Below, piece after piece: positions 1 through 13,500 of a DNA stretch of 64,000 nucleotides; the first letter of the stretch is position 1; every line of letters starts with the position of its first letter. Below the pieces are notes generated by a model. The model was not told where the DNA came from and did not search any database. It was given only the letters and a program-made list of their open reading frames with translations. Both the position numbers and the translations under genes were made by a program. Source of the DNA: Dipteris shenzhenensis (lineage: Eukaryota); NCBI GenBank assembly GCA_047967505.1, contig CM106538.1; one strand, given 5' to 3'.

Positions 1-3000
1 GCAGGGCGGAGGACCAGAGTTTACAGGTATGGCTCAGAGCAGGCCGCTTGGGACTCCTTTATCTTCGCGACAGGAGGTAGGGACAGCTGGAGAGACCCGT
101 CCTTCCGCCGTTGGCACGAGAGCTTGGACTTCTCGTGGGGCTTCCGCAGGGAAGGAGGCAGACTCCTGGAGAGACTGGATAGATTTTATGTCAGTGATTG
201 GGCCATCAGCAGAGGCGGTCAGGCGGGTATAGTGCCACGGACGACACTTTCCGACCACGCGCCTATGCTCTTATCATTAGATTCGGCAACTCAGTCCCTT
301 CCTCCCCGTTCGTGCCGGATCCCCGACTCCATCTTCTTGAGGGAGGACGTGCGCAGTAGCATCGGTAGCCTTTGGGACAGAGATTGGGGCGAGTGCGTGG
401 ATCTGGTTGATTCGGTGGCGCAGGCTTTGCAGGAGTCTAGCCAGATTTGCCAGCTCGCGACCCTTCAGGTTCGACAGGAGTGGTGGGGCAGAGAGAGAGC
501 TCTTCGTAGGGACCTCGCTTCCATTCAGCGACTCCAGCAGGCAGCCCCGGGCTCGGAGGAGCTTCGGATCCAGGCCCTTCGAGCCAGAGCCCTTCTTGAG
601 AAGACTCTCCAGTGCCGTTCAGAGTTTTCCTATCACGCCTCCCTCTCATTCTGGGCTCGGAAGGGCGACCGGATGTGCAGGGAGTTCTTCAGGACGCATG
701 GCCAGAGAGCAGCAGGTGATCAGCTACGAAGTCTGAGGACAGCGGAGGGGCACATCGTTACTGATCCGGGTGAGGTCTTGGGGTTGGCTACCGACTTCTA
801 CATGACCCTTTTCCAGCAGGAGCAGCTTGCCCCTCGCACTCGACGTTCCCGCGAGGAGGTGTGGAGGCATATTCCAGCCCTAGTTCAGCCCAGCATGCAC
901 GCGACGTTGGCACCGTTCACTACTGACGAGATGTTGGAGGCCTTGATGGCCATCGATGGGCAGAAATGCCCTGGCGAGGATGGGCTATCTTGCGCTTTCT
1001 TCACCTCCTTCTGGGATCAGATCCATCAGCCCCTCCTAGCAGCCCTCCAGAGGATTTTCAGCAGCGGATATATGCCAGAGAGCCTCTCCTCGGGACTGAT
1101 TTGCCTCATCCCGAAGGGAGGAGATCGACAGGAGATCCGTCAGTGGCGCCCGATCACTCTCCTCTCCACTGCCTACAAAATCCTTGCCAAGATGATCAGC
1201 GCCAGAGTTCGGCCTCTACTTCCTGACCTCATTCATGACACTCAGACACGCTTTGTCTAGGATCGCAGTATCCAGGATAATGTCTTCACTTTCTCAGAGG
1301 CGGCGGAGTGGGCTCAGCACAGCGGGTCACATTTAGCCATCCTACTTCTCGACTTTGAGAAGGCCTACGATCGAGTGGACTGGTCCTTCTTGGAGGGTAC
1401 TCTGGAGCGACTAGGGTTCCCAGCAGGATGGATACAGGGTATTTCAGCATTATACAAGACGGCTTCCAGCAGGGTCATCATCGGCGGCAGGATGGGAGAG
1501 CGATTTCGTTTGGAGAGATCAGTGCGTCAGGGTTGCCCCCTTGCTCCTTACCTGTTTCTCTTCTTCGCCGAGGCCATGACATACTACCTTCGAGCGAGGT
1601 CGACCGGGATCTGGGGTGTTCGCCTTCCCATCAGGGAGGACACGGAGCTTCTGGATTCGGAGTATGCAGATGACACAGCACTGTATGTTCAGGATGATGA
1701 GATGATGCTGGAGAGGGTGAGGCTAGCCCTAGAGGTCTTCTGCTCGACAGCCGGTGCGAAAATCAACTGGAACAAATCAGTTGGTTTTCTCACAAATCCG
1801 GGGGCGTGCTCACAGTGGGGGAGGTTTTTGGGCTTCAGGTGGATCCCGCGGGGACAGACAGCTAGATATCTCGGCTTTCAGGTCGGCCTGGATATCACGC
1901 CAGCTCAGCAGTTTCTCCCGGTGCTAGATTCCATTCGACGGAAGCTGGCTTTCTGGAGCACTGCTAAGCTCTCTCTCGCAGGTCGTGCTCTTGTAGTCAA
2001 CCAGGTTCTCTTAGCCACGGCATGGTATGTGGCTTCTTGTTGGTGTTTCTCGAGATCCAGCGTGGCACAGCTTAGGAGGTTGGTCCGGAACTTCCTGTGG
2101 TCTGGGGGGGACGGTCTCAGAGATACCAGAGCCAGGGTTGCCTGGCAGACAGTCATTCTTCCGCAGGCTGAGGGTGGCCTGGGGGTCATCGATCCTGAGC
2201 TTCAGAGTCAGGCCCTACTGGGCAAGTTAGTTATCCGCGGTTTGACCCCCGGGGGGCAAACGTGGAAGATGTTACTTCAGCAGGGGGTCGGTTCTTGTGT
2301 CCCACGCCGAGGTGGAGAGTGGCTACCGTCCCTCAGGTGGATCTTCACTTCTGCCCCACTCACTCAGCCCCGCTCCCCACTCGTTCGTAGCCTTCTCATG
2401 GTTTGGAGGCGGCTCTGCCTCAGTCTCATTCAGTCCCCTCCTAGCTGTCAGGAGGAGATCGATCGCCAGCCGCTCATCTGGAACGACTAGGTCAGAGATG
2501 CCGAGGGCCTTCAACTGGGGGAGAGATCACACATCAGGTGGGACGGCTGGATGCGGGGGCCAGCCCGGTCCCTTCGAGTTTGGAGGGACAGGTACAGACA
2601 CTTGGATACCGCTGCTCTAGCAGTCGCTGTTGGAGGTGCCCGTGGAGCTCAGGTGAGACGCACGGAGATAGACGGAGCGATTCCAGCCGGTTGGTTGGCT
2701 CCACCTGAGATTCAGACCCTCATGCCTGGTGATGACCGTTGGCTGGGACAGTTCACCCCCCGTGGCATCCCACTGGTGGTTGCAGGTCGAATGGACGACA
2801 CTTCGGTTTCCTTTTTCGCGGTTACGGGGGACGGCCGACTCAGGAGAGAGGATGTGCTCATCGACCCACTACTCCCATGGCAGAGGGTTCGGGTCGTAGG
2901 CCTCGTGGGGAAGGTTTGGTGGACCGATCCCAGTATAGAGCAGGATCAGCTGCAGTTATGGCGACTCTGGCTCTGGGAGGGGCGGGCCTTGTCAGAGCTT

Positions 3001-4040
3001 GATTGGGACCCAGGAGAGTGGAGATAGCCAGAGATTGTGACAGGTCAGGGGCCGACCTCTTTCTTCGCCTACAGCACGACATTGGGCAGGAGAGTTCTCG
3101 GGAGGATGCAGAGCCGCCCGCCCACCCAGCGGCCCAGTTGGTATGCTCAGGGTATCTCCAAGTTATTTTTGCAGGCCTTCTGGAAGGCCTTGTGGGAGAG
3201 CTGGCGACCGCGGAAGATCTCCTAGTTCCTTTGGCTTCTCGCCCACAAAGGTCTTCCAGTGGGGAGCTGGTTGCGGTAGGTGGGTCACGATGGACGCTGC
3301 CAGATTTGTCATGAGGACGAGGAGTCACCAAAACACTGCCTGTGGAGCTGCACTCGCGCCCAGGAAGTGTGGAGGTGGACCTTTGGGATCCTTACTCGCG
3401 CAGCACCGGAGTTAGGTATGATCACTTGGGGCGCGTTCTGCTGGTGCAGCACCGCACCTGGCTTCCATCACTTGTTCGAGGCATGTCTGCAGGACCCCAC
3501 GTTCCTTATCACACAGGGGATGTGGGGGCCGCTCGAGAGCATTCCGCCGCACCTGGCAGAGGCTGACACAGGTTCTCAGGAGAGGCAGCCAGTCTGGGAG
3601 ATTATTAGCAGCATCACAGGATGGCACATCTGGACCTCGCGCTGCGCGCAGATCCTCGGTGGCACCTCCCTTTCGACTGCCCAGGTCATGACTGACATCT
3701 GGAGTGAGATTATACACACCCTCAGAGGCCAGTGGGACCAGATACACGGTGACTCCCGAGCTGGCCGGGAGAAGCGGAGACGTTTCCTCCGTGATTGGGA
3801 CACACAGGGCCTCTTCTTCGAGCATACTTCGCAGGGCCTTCAGTGGCGCTATTCACCACCTCTCTGGCTGTTCATTCACACTCGCCTGATCCCCCCGTGA
3901 GAGAGAGCTTTACTTTTTTGTTTCCTTTTTGGGCTGCGTCCGATTTGTGAACGCAGGCCCGTCAGTTGCAAAGCTGACCTCATGTATCTTGTTTTCGAAG
4001 TAATATAATCAGCACTGTTTTTTCGGCAAAAAAAAAAAAA
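1..4040 (+). mobile_element. L1-type LINE retrotransposon (5' end off-window), ending in a poly(A) tail; lies antisense in the last visible intron of the LpxB-like gene
   Basis: Endonuclease C-terminus (RLDRFY, SDH), RT motifs (WRPITLL, DFEKAYDRV, RQGCPLAP, YADD), zf-RVT-like CQIC..EES..HCLWSC, short 3' UTR and A-run at 4028-4040. Confidence 0.95.
124..3900 (+). pseudogene. LINE ORF2 (EN-RT-zf-RVT), one reading frame broken by five TAG stops
   Basis: ORFs 124-1260, 1375-2490, 2551-3027, 3037-3225 and 3280-3900 share one frame; internal stops at 1258, 2488, 3025, 3223 and 3277 are all TAG. Confidence 0.9.
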
Positions 4041-4418
4041 TGTTCACAAAACACATGCCAGGGTCCTTAGTCCCAACTCCTGATTACTTCCCATTCCATA
4101 CTCAAGGAACCTTGGAATCAAGTGGTTAACATTCAATGATATCTCTTAATTTTGGCTCAGTGATATCTCTTAATTTTGGCTCAGTCTCAACCAAATTTCA
4201 CCCTATTACCTGGTAGTGTTTGGGGCATATGAGAATAAACATTTGAAGTTTAGAGGGCCTATCATAATTGCACATATAGAACATAAGACCAGAAACAAAT
4301 TCTTTTGTTGATCTTTTATTGATACTCCATATTATGTTCTTCCCATAACAGTTTCTTATTTGAATTCCCTCCAATGGCATACATAATAACAACTCATTCT
4401 TTAAAATCTAGATCTCAC

Positions 4419-4549
4419 CTGTTCGGCCAAGAAATAAATCCAACTGTTCTTAAAATCGTGTAGTTCACTAGGCTCGTGATCAGATCCCCAAACCATCCTG
4501 GAGTATAAGTTAAAAGTCCCAGTATTCCGCCAGTAGCACCTTTGAAAGC
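4419..4549 (-). CDS. LpxB-like gene, exon 11 (AFKGATGGILGLL…GFISWPN)
   Basis: Acceptor atatag|, donor AG|GTGAGA; next exon not in window. Confidence 0.85.
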
Positions 4550-7500
4550 CTATATATACAACATAAACCACAAACATCTGAGGACACTCGCAAAGAAGCC
4601 CCCACCTAGCCCTGGCTATACATCACAGAAACCAAAGCATCGCAAGCACACTTTCATGAAAGGACATTCTACAGAAGTCAACATACAAAGGCTAAAGATC
4701 AGAAGAGACCTCCAAAGCATAAGTAGGAAGCAAAACAATCATAGGAATTGCTAAGGAGCCAAGTTCTGCTGTGTTTGTACCTGCCTGAAGGCATAGCAAA
4801 CAGACAGATGCTTAGTATATCTATGCTTTATGTGCACAAAAAGAATCCTTGTTGACTAGAGCCTCTTGCCTCTTGTAAGTTCTACTAAAGATGATAACCT
4901 CCAACGGCCTTCCCAATATATTCTAAAAGACCCAAAGCATGAAATCTAACAAAATACATGAACAATCCAGAGAATGAAGCATCTTGTCTTGTACTCAAAA
5001 GAACCACTCCACTCACAGTAGTCAGACAGACAGTGCATTGCTTGAATACCCTATATGGTGGAAATTCTTGGTACACTTCTATGTGAACACCACTTTCTGT
5101 CACTAAATGAGCAGATGCAGGTTTTGAACGGCTATGTTGAGACCAAAGCTTTCCTGCCTCGATTTGTATGTCCATAGACAGGGAACTTTCTTTAAGAATT
5201 TTGCCAGAAGCCCACTTAAAGCGAGCAATGAAAGGATTATGTAAAGCACTGGCATGATGAGAAAGTGTTTCCAGGTCAACGGTGGGCGCCAAAGGTAGTA
5301 TAAACTGCACATTGCCACCCATGCTGTACAGAAGTCAACCATTATTCTATCCCTCAATCAGCACATGGTTGCAATACATTGCACAAAGCTCAAAAGAAGA
5401 CATAAAAGCTTAACCTCCAGTGTATTTCACAAGAACAAAATGTCATTTGTGTTGAAAGAGAAAATCTACAGCTGCCAAATGAAGATTTGAAAACGGCATA
5501 TCAGGAAAATAAAACACCAGTGAAATTACCCTGTATAAATAAATTCAGCAACAGACATCATGTATGGCACACCAATAGCAAGCTTTGCATCCTGAAACAG
5601 AGAAAAAAATTTGTTCAATGCTTAGGGCATAGAAAAGATCCTCAAGCAATCTTGATTACCAAAAAGCACAAATGATCACCGTCAACTACATACAAGGCCC
5701 TACACCCTAGACTCACCCACACACACACCCCCCCCCCAAAAAAAAAGAAAAAAGGGGAAAAACATCTGGAGTCTGGAAGTAGGATAAACACCTTGGAACC
5801 TGGGAGAAGACCCACCACTCGCCCAGGTGCACAATTTCTATTATCCCTTTCACCATTGGAAGTAGTAACTTCTGTTTGAGAGTGACTCTCAGAGACACCA
5901 TCTGCCAATGCAACAGCATCCCAAAATAGATCACCCACAACTTGACATTTGGACCTGAAAGAACTGGGAACTCTCTCCATTAACTCTGGCTTTGAGACCG
6001 CGTACAAGTCCACCAATCTGTTCCAAAAATCCAGACCTTTTTTATATGTAGTTGCAAGTAGCCAGAGCCGAAGAGAAGGTTCAGGTTTTTGAACGTCTCT
6101 AATCGTGTTAGCCCTCCCTCTTGTTTCCCTTCCAAGCGAGAAAGAAAAATAAAAGTACTGCTACGTACCCAGGCCACCTGACATTCTCATGGGCATACAC
6201 AACAACTTTGTAACCCAGAATCCTCCCAAGTATCACCTGCTCCCTCATTTGTATGCCCAACACAAAACCAACTATGTAAGCAGAGAGCAACCATCGCAAA
6301 TGAAATATTAGGATTAAATTTGTTGAAATTCTGTAAGAGCAGATTTAATGCTTAATAAACCTCGTTCCTTCAGTTGTGGTGAAATCAAAGAGTCTTTGGA
6401 AGATGAAAGCAATTATCCAATGTACACATGGTGAAGTCACAATTCAGCAAGGTACCGCAAAAAATTGATCCCCTCCGAGAAAAATGCATATTCCTTTCTC
6501 ATACCAATCCCATTGGTCATGGGTCCGACCAAGTAGCAATAGCTCCCAAAAGTTTTCAGGTCCCTAGACACAAAATATTAAAATGTTGATTATTGTAATA
6601 AGTAGCTGAAACAAAATCCAATAATCTGTAAAACGTGAAGAAGAGAGGTAAAATGGGAAGAGAGGGTAGAGGACAGTCATGGAAAGGGAGGAGAGGACAA
6701 CGGTAAAAAGGGAGGAGAAATTATTGTTTTGTGTGTGTGTGTGTGTGTGCACGCGCGCTTTTTTTTTTTTTTGGGGGGAGGGGGGTCTTTAATTAGGGAG
6801 GCCCCTTTTCAGACATCTAAATCCATTATTAATCGAGTCAACATTCACGATTCAATATTTTTGGAACACTTTGCAAACACCAACCAAGATCCCATAGTCT
6901 CGGTAACAAGGACAAAAAACCAATAATAAAAGAGTGACATGGATATCCCTTACTAAATCATCTGCTTTTGAGTCAAGATTATTCTAAGAAAGAGCCTGAT
7001 ACGGAGCATGAGCACAACCTTTTGCTAAAGGGTATTTCCAAGCAACATGCTCATACTAGCTATTCAATCAAGATGGAGCAGAATCCATTTATATTCATGT
7101 TTACACCAATATGAAGTGCTTGATATGCTCCACTTTTCACATTGGTCAAACTCACATGCCACTGCTTGCTTGCCTGTACAATTTTCTTGTTGTTGTTTTT
7201 GGGACTAGTTGCTTGCTAAAACAGGAGCATTAAGAGCGAGAATGGGCTGGCTGACCGCTACCAGCCCATTGCCTTGAAGTTCAATAACGAGGATTCTTTG
7301 TGACGAGTGGAAACAGCTTGGACTCAGATTTGCTTGCAGATCCTAAATCACCTTTTCTAGACATTGCCTAATAGGCTCCAGGCCAGGAATGCAAATTTTG
7401 GCCCTCCAAATTTGGTTTTTTCCCCCTCGAATGTCAAACGGTGTTTTGGAGTTGCCTCCCTGTAAAGTTCAGGATGCTAATGCAAAATACCGCAGGGGCA

Positions 7501-10500
7501 CATCATGTGAGACTGCTGTTCCAGTTAAAAGAGGCTGCTTGAGCAGCTTACTATTATATGGCTCTTTGGGTCTAGGTAGTACATGATCCTGTAGGCAGCC
7601 TGGGATGCCCACCTATATTTTCATAAACTCTCTATACGCTGTAAGAACGTGGGCAGTTTTTAGAGCTTTGAGCTCCCTTCGAATTACAACCTGCTGCTCA
7701 GGGGAGTGAGCATTTAAGCAGCCTTGACAGGCTGCATGGGTAGCCGTAGGGCTATTGGGACACACTAGACAAGTGATTGGCAATCAACAGCCCGAGTAGG
7801 TACTTCTAACTGTGTCTTAAATACTGATGTAGACTCCCCACTTCGATCATGCCTGAATTTAATGATGGATAGGGGGCCGTTCAAAATGACAGGATCTGTA
7901 CCCCTATTTGAAGAAACCTTGACCCTGTAACTGAAAACCAAAAGAAGGGGAAAGACTGCACTCAGATCCCTCTGCCTTTTGCAATAAGTGTTTGCTTGTG
8001 TCAATTGTTACGCCCCCATGTTGCTACATGGACTGAGCGGTACCCTTGTGCCTGTGCTTGCATGACAAAAGGCTTTCTCTGCTAATGATTGTCAAATACT
8101 TGCTTCATGAGTGGAAGAGTAATGGGGCAAGTGGAAGTTCCTGCCATTGGAATATTGCAAAGATAATGAGCATTTAATATGACTTGGCCTTGCTCCTACT
8201 ATAAGTGAATGGTGAATGTTGATGTTTGTTCATGTAGGTGGCTCCTTGGCAAATCATTTGCTGCCTGCACATACATACAGTGAAGAAAAGTTCATGCAAT
8301 GGATGAGGACAGGCTGCAATGCCCTGAATGGCGCTCACATACCAATGTAATACAGGAAAGCAGGCTACAGGTAGAGAAGGGCAGGAATGATGAAGCTGAA
8401 ATAAGGATTTAATAAGGAAGACAACTGACAAAGCACACCAATGGAATAAGAAATGTCTGGCCTGGTGTTGCTCAGATAGAGCAAACTGCCTACCAACCTC
8501 CAATACCTGCTGGCATCAACTAGCTGAGATATATCCTGAGCACTCAGCTTCAGCCCAACCTCCATTGGCATCACGACTCACTGCCTCCTTGCAGTCCTCA
8601 ATCTGGAACTGCTGCAGTATCTCACAGCAATACTTCTCCTGAGAGATGAAGATGTGTTCTTTCTGCTTGACTTCTATCCCAAGGAAGTAATGAAGAAGAC
8701 CCAGATCCGTCATCTCAAACTCCTTATCAAAAGATTCTTAGCAGGCGAGATCGTCTCCTTATGATCACGTGGGAGTATCAAGTCATCTGCGTACAATATT
8801 ACAACCACTCTTCTCCCTTCCTCTGAAAAGAGCTACAGGTTAGCATCTGATGGACTTCGATTCAACCCGGTTTTGGTGAAGAACTCATTGATACGTTGGT
8901 ACCACGCTCTAGGGGCCTATTACAGCCCGTACAGAGCCTTTTTTAATCTGCACAACTTGAGAAGTGGAACCTGGAACTTGAAAACCTTGAGGCTGATTCA
9001 CATACACCTCCTCCTCCAGGTTTCCATTCAAAAACGCAGATTTCACATCCATTTGAAAGATGGACCACCCATGATGAGCAACCAAGGCTATCACTGTCCA
9101 AATGGTCATCATCCGAGCTGTAGGAGCAAAAGTCTCATCGAAGTTGAGACCCTATGCCTGAGCATACCCCTTTACAACCAGCCTGGCCTTATATTTATCC
9201 AAACTCCCTTCGGATTACCTTATACACCCACTTTTTACCAATCACCTTCCACTTGAAAGGTCTGTCCACCAAGTCCCACGTGTCATCTTCAAAATAGCAT
9301 CCATTTCAGCCTTCATGGCTTCCTACCATTCTGGTATATCTTTCGCCTCCTCAAAAGACCTCGGCTCATCAATCTGAGCCACCAATGCATAGTTCATAGT
9401 AGGATTTCACAAAATGCGTGGACATTTTCTTACCTCAAAACTTGACTCCAATAATTCAATCAACCGAGACTCCTGCATCATCATCGAGTACCACTGTGGA
9501 AGCCTCTTCTTCGTTCGTGTCACTTCTTTGGCTCCGGTGCCTCTGGCTCCGTCTTTGACTCATCGGGTTCTTCATCCTCCCGAAAGGGCCATTGTACCTC
9601 GGAGATAACTTGGTATACACTTTCTCTTTGCCCTTAATCTTGCGAAACCTACTTTTTCAAAATTCAAAAGTACCCAATCCCACTTTCTTGAGATATAGAT
9701 GTCTCTTGTGCTTCTCCTGATATCTCTCAATTGCTGTCCGGACTTGGCTGAATGCGGTCTGGAGATCTCTAACATACTGATCAGCTGCAAAAATGTCATC
9801 TTTGGTCCTCGGGATCGGTGGCAGAATCACTTTTCCATAAATGACCTCAAACGGGGCTTTCCTTGTGGAGCTGTGAGCTCTATTGTTATAAGCGAACTCC
9901 ACGAGCGGGAGGTACTTTTCCCAATCTGATTTGTGATCAACGGAGTAGCATTTCAAAAGATCTAACACAGTTGAATTGGCTATCTCACTTTGACTATCTG
10001 ACTGGGGATGGAAAGAAGAAGAAAATTTCAGATTTGTCCCCATATTGTCAAATATGGCTCTCCAAAATAGGCTGGTCATCCTCGGGTCTCGGTCATTGAC
10101 AATGGACTTTGGCATACCATGGTGTTTAAAGAGTGCCATAAAAACCTTGACCATATGATCTGCCTTTATGGTTTTGCGTACTGGAATCAAATGGGCCTGT
10201 TTGTTGAATCTATCAATGATAGTCCATATCCCGCCATTCCCTTACTTTGATCGTGGCAAATCAAAGATGAAGTCCATTGCTATACTTTTCCATGGTGCCT
10301 GAGGCACAGAAAGAGGCATTAGTAGGCCATGTGGCTTCCGTGTGTCATACTTAACGTTCTGACAAGTGAGGCATTCTGTCACATACTTGTGTTTATCCTT
10401 ATGCATGACTGGCTAGTAAAATACCTCTCTAAAGCCTGAGTGGTAGCTGTAATTACTCTAGGCCCAGCATATGGAGGTGCATGGCATTCCTCCGTAATTG

Positions 10501-13500
10501 TCGTCTCATATCTCAGTTGATACATAGGCAATCATCCTTCATTAAATACCCCTCTTTCAGGGAAATACTAACTTGAAGACTGCCCCTCCTGCATTTGCTG
10601 CAATATTTCACCAAAGTCTAGGTCACTAGCATAGTGCAACGAAAACATCAAATACAATGGCGATAGCTCCCCTCTATTACTGGCAACGATATGTTGCGCT
10701 TTACCCTTATGTACAAACTCAAGCACTCTTTCGGGAAGAGAGAACTTTACTGCCTTACGATGAAATCAAGGCATTCCAAGAATTATATCATGATGCTTGA
10801 AGGGGAAATAAAGAAGTCCTCCTGATTTACGTAACTCTGTACATGGACACGAAGCTTCCCAATCAAGGAAGTAATAGGCACATGGTCCACATGGAACATC
10901 TGATCGGCATCTAGGGCCCTGCCTAACTCTTTGGTCTTTATTCCCAGCCTCAGGGCTAAGTCTTTTAATATGAAGTTATCAGTAGCCCCTAGATCAAACA
11001 GAATAAGTGCTTGTTGGTCTCTTATCTTGCCCCATGAAAGCAACACCTCTCTCTCCACTAGATTCGACACTCTTCCCAAAACATCAAGGAATTCCACCTA
11101 CCACTCGCCTAGGTAGTACTTGGGCCTTACTTTGCTCCTTCGAGCTCAAATGCCGCTCAAGGCACTGGGCAGCCACATGCCCCTCTTTGCCACACCTGAA
11201 GCATTTGCCCTCTTTTCGCATAGTGGCAATCTGTTCAGGAGTAAACTGTGGTTTTCCCTCATAGGCTTTTTGCACTTGGTTTCCCTCCCACATTCTGAGG
11301 CTGAAATTCCCTTTTTTGAGCCTTGGAAACTCCCTTTTCTCAAACTAGGGAGTGGCTGACTTCATCTCTGCTGTCCCGGCTTGCAAGGGCACAGTGATGG
11401 GATCTTGCATGTGCATTAGGCTGGCCACAAAAGCTGAATGCATTACTTCCTGAATACTTTTGATGTGCTGGGTGTTTATCACAGCCTGGATCTTGGGAGT
11501 TAGGCCAGCCCTATATTTCCAGAGTTAGGTCTTCTTGGAGACCTTAAAAGGTGCAATCTGCAGATATGCATCCCAAAACTTCTGATTATAAGTCTCCACT
11601 GAATCCCGTGCATCCATGTGCAGACTCTCCTAACTGAGGAGGACATGGTCCCTGAACAGCTTTGGCATAAATTGCTTACTAAAAAATTTCCTGAAGCCCC
11701 TTCTATTGCCTAGGAGCTGAACCATCTATGGTTTGTGCAGTCCACCATGCACTAGCTGTACGTATCAGATGCAGATTGACCATACGCAATTTTGATGACT
11801 AATTGAAGTTCTCTATGCCAAAGGCAACATAAAACTGGCTTATGAATTGCATAGCCTTTTTCAGTATGACCATACTGGCCATTGAAAGTTGCAAACTTTA
11901 CAGACTTTCCAACTTCCTTAAGTTCCCGAGGCTTTGCATGCCTTCCTTTGGATGATTTCTTCTTTCTGGTCCTATGAGTGGATGCTCCAGAAGAAGAAGA
12001 TGAAGAAGTGGAACTGGAAGAAGAGGAAGAAGGACTCGAAGATCTGTGATAATGTTTGGTCCTTTCCTTCCTCTACACGAGGATTTTCCGAACTGCAAAA
12101 CAAGGGATCTCTCCTCACCCGTGCTAGCTGTGCAAGCAACTCCCTTTAGGAGTTCTCAACATTGAATTGCATGCCCTCTTCCTGCCTCACCCTGGCACTG
12201 TCAGCAATCCCCTCATGGGGTGAATGTGCATGATCATATGAAGCCATAACCTCAAGCTCGACTTGAGACTTGTCAGCCCTTACACAAAGAGTATGATACT
12301 AAGGCACACAGTAGAATCCCTCAGCAAGAGGTATAGCAAAACTGTAACTTTATTTTGACTTGTGCCAATAATTGGCTATTACCTCAAGGCATATTTTCCC
12401 TAAATTATAAAGGGAACCAAGTCACTCTAATCTGCTGTCCCACCCAAAGTACCGCTTGCTGACTATATATCTGCCCTGGGACTTTTATGTATCTGCTCTG
12501 GGACTTTTATGATCAGTGTACTAGCGATTGTTGTTATGCATTGGTATATGGTTTGTATCTCGAGCTCTATAGAATCATATATGCAATGTTAGTTATGTAT
12601 TGCTCGTTCAGCAATGTTAGTTATGTGTTGCTCATTCTGCAATGTTGGTTATGCGCTCCTTGTTCTGCAATGTTGGTTATTCATTGCTCGTTTTGCAATG
12701 TTGTTTATGCACTGCTCGTTCTGCAATGTTAATTATGTGTTGGTCGTTTTGCAATGCTAGTTATGCGTTGGTCGTTCTGCACTGTTGGTTATGTGTTGCT
12801 CGTTCTGCACTATTGGTTATTCATTGCTTGTTTTGCAATGTTGGTTATGCACTGCTAGTTATACATTGCTCGTTCTGCATATGTCATAGGGACGTGAATT
12901 TTCTACACCTGTGACTACCTTTGAAGAGAGGGGTAAACATCCCACTCCTAAAAATAGCTCCACGGGCCACGTTTGGCAAGCTGGCTTGGGAAGCTAGCAA
13001 AAAAGTCAAAATTCACTTGGAGACAAGTTTCTAGACCAAAGGAAGGCAGGGAGCATAGTTACCAGGGAACAAGAACATTTCGGGAACAGGGGGGTCGGAA
13101 CGGGAACGTTTCAGGAAGGGGGAACGGGAACGAGAATGCCACGTCATATGACTCGTCATCAAATCACATGGAAAGGAGTAGAAGGGGAGGAAGGAGAGGG
13201 GGCTGAGTGGCTGAGTGGAAAGGGGTGGAGAAGGGAGTGGAAGGGGAGGGGGCTGAGTGGAAGGATATGGGGGCTAAGTGGCTGAGTGGAAAGGGGTGGA
13301 GAAGGGAGTGGAAGGGGAGGGGGCTGAGTGGAGAAGGTTCAAGGGAGTACAAGGAGAGGGGCTGAGTTGAAGGGAGTGGAAGGAGAGGGGGCTGAGTGGA
13401 AGGGAGTGGAAGGAGAGAGAGTAGAAGGGAGTGGGAGTGGGAGTGGAGGGGGCTGAGTGGAAGGAGAGGGAGTAGAAGGGAGTGGGAGGGAGGGTAGAGA

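Noticed and set aside
5716-6786. Complementary compound microsatellites (CA/C/A at ~5716; GT/T/G at ~6729) as a long-range stem
   Set aside because: Block order is not a true inverted repeat; simple repeats are common in these introns
12487-12914. Cys/Leu-rich membrane-like ORFs
   Set aside because: Translations of the 28-bp minisatellite
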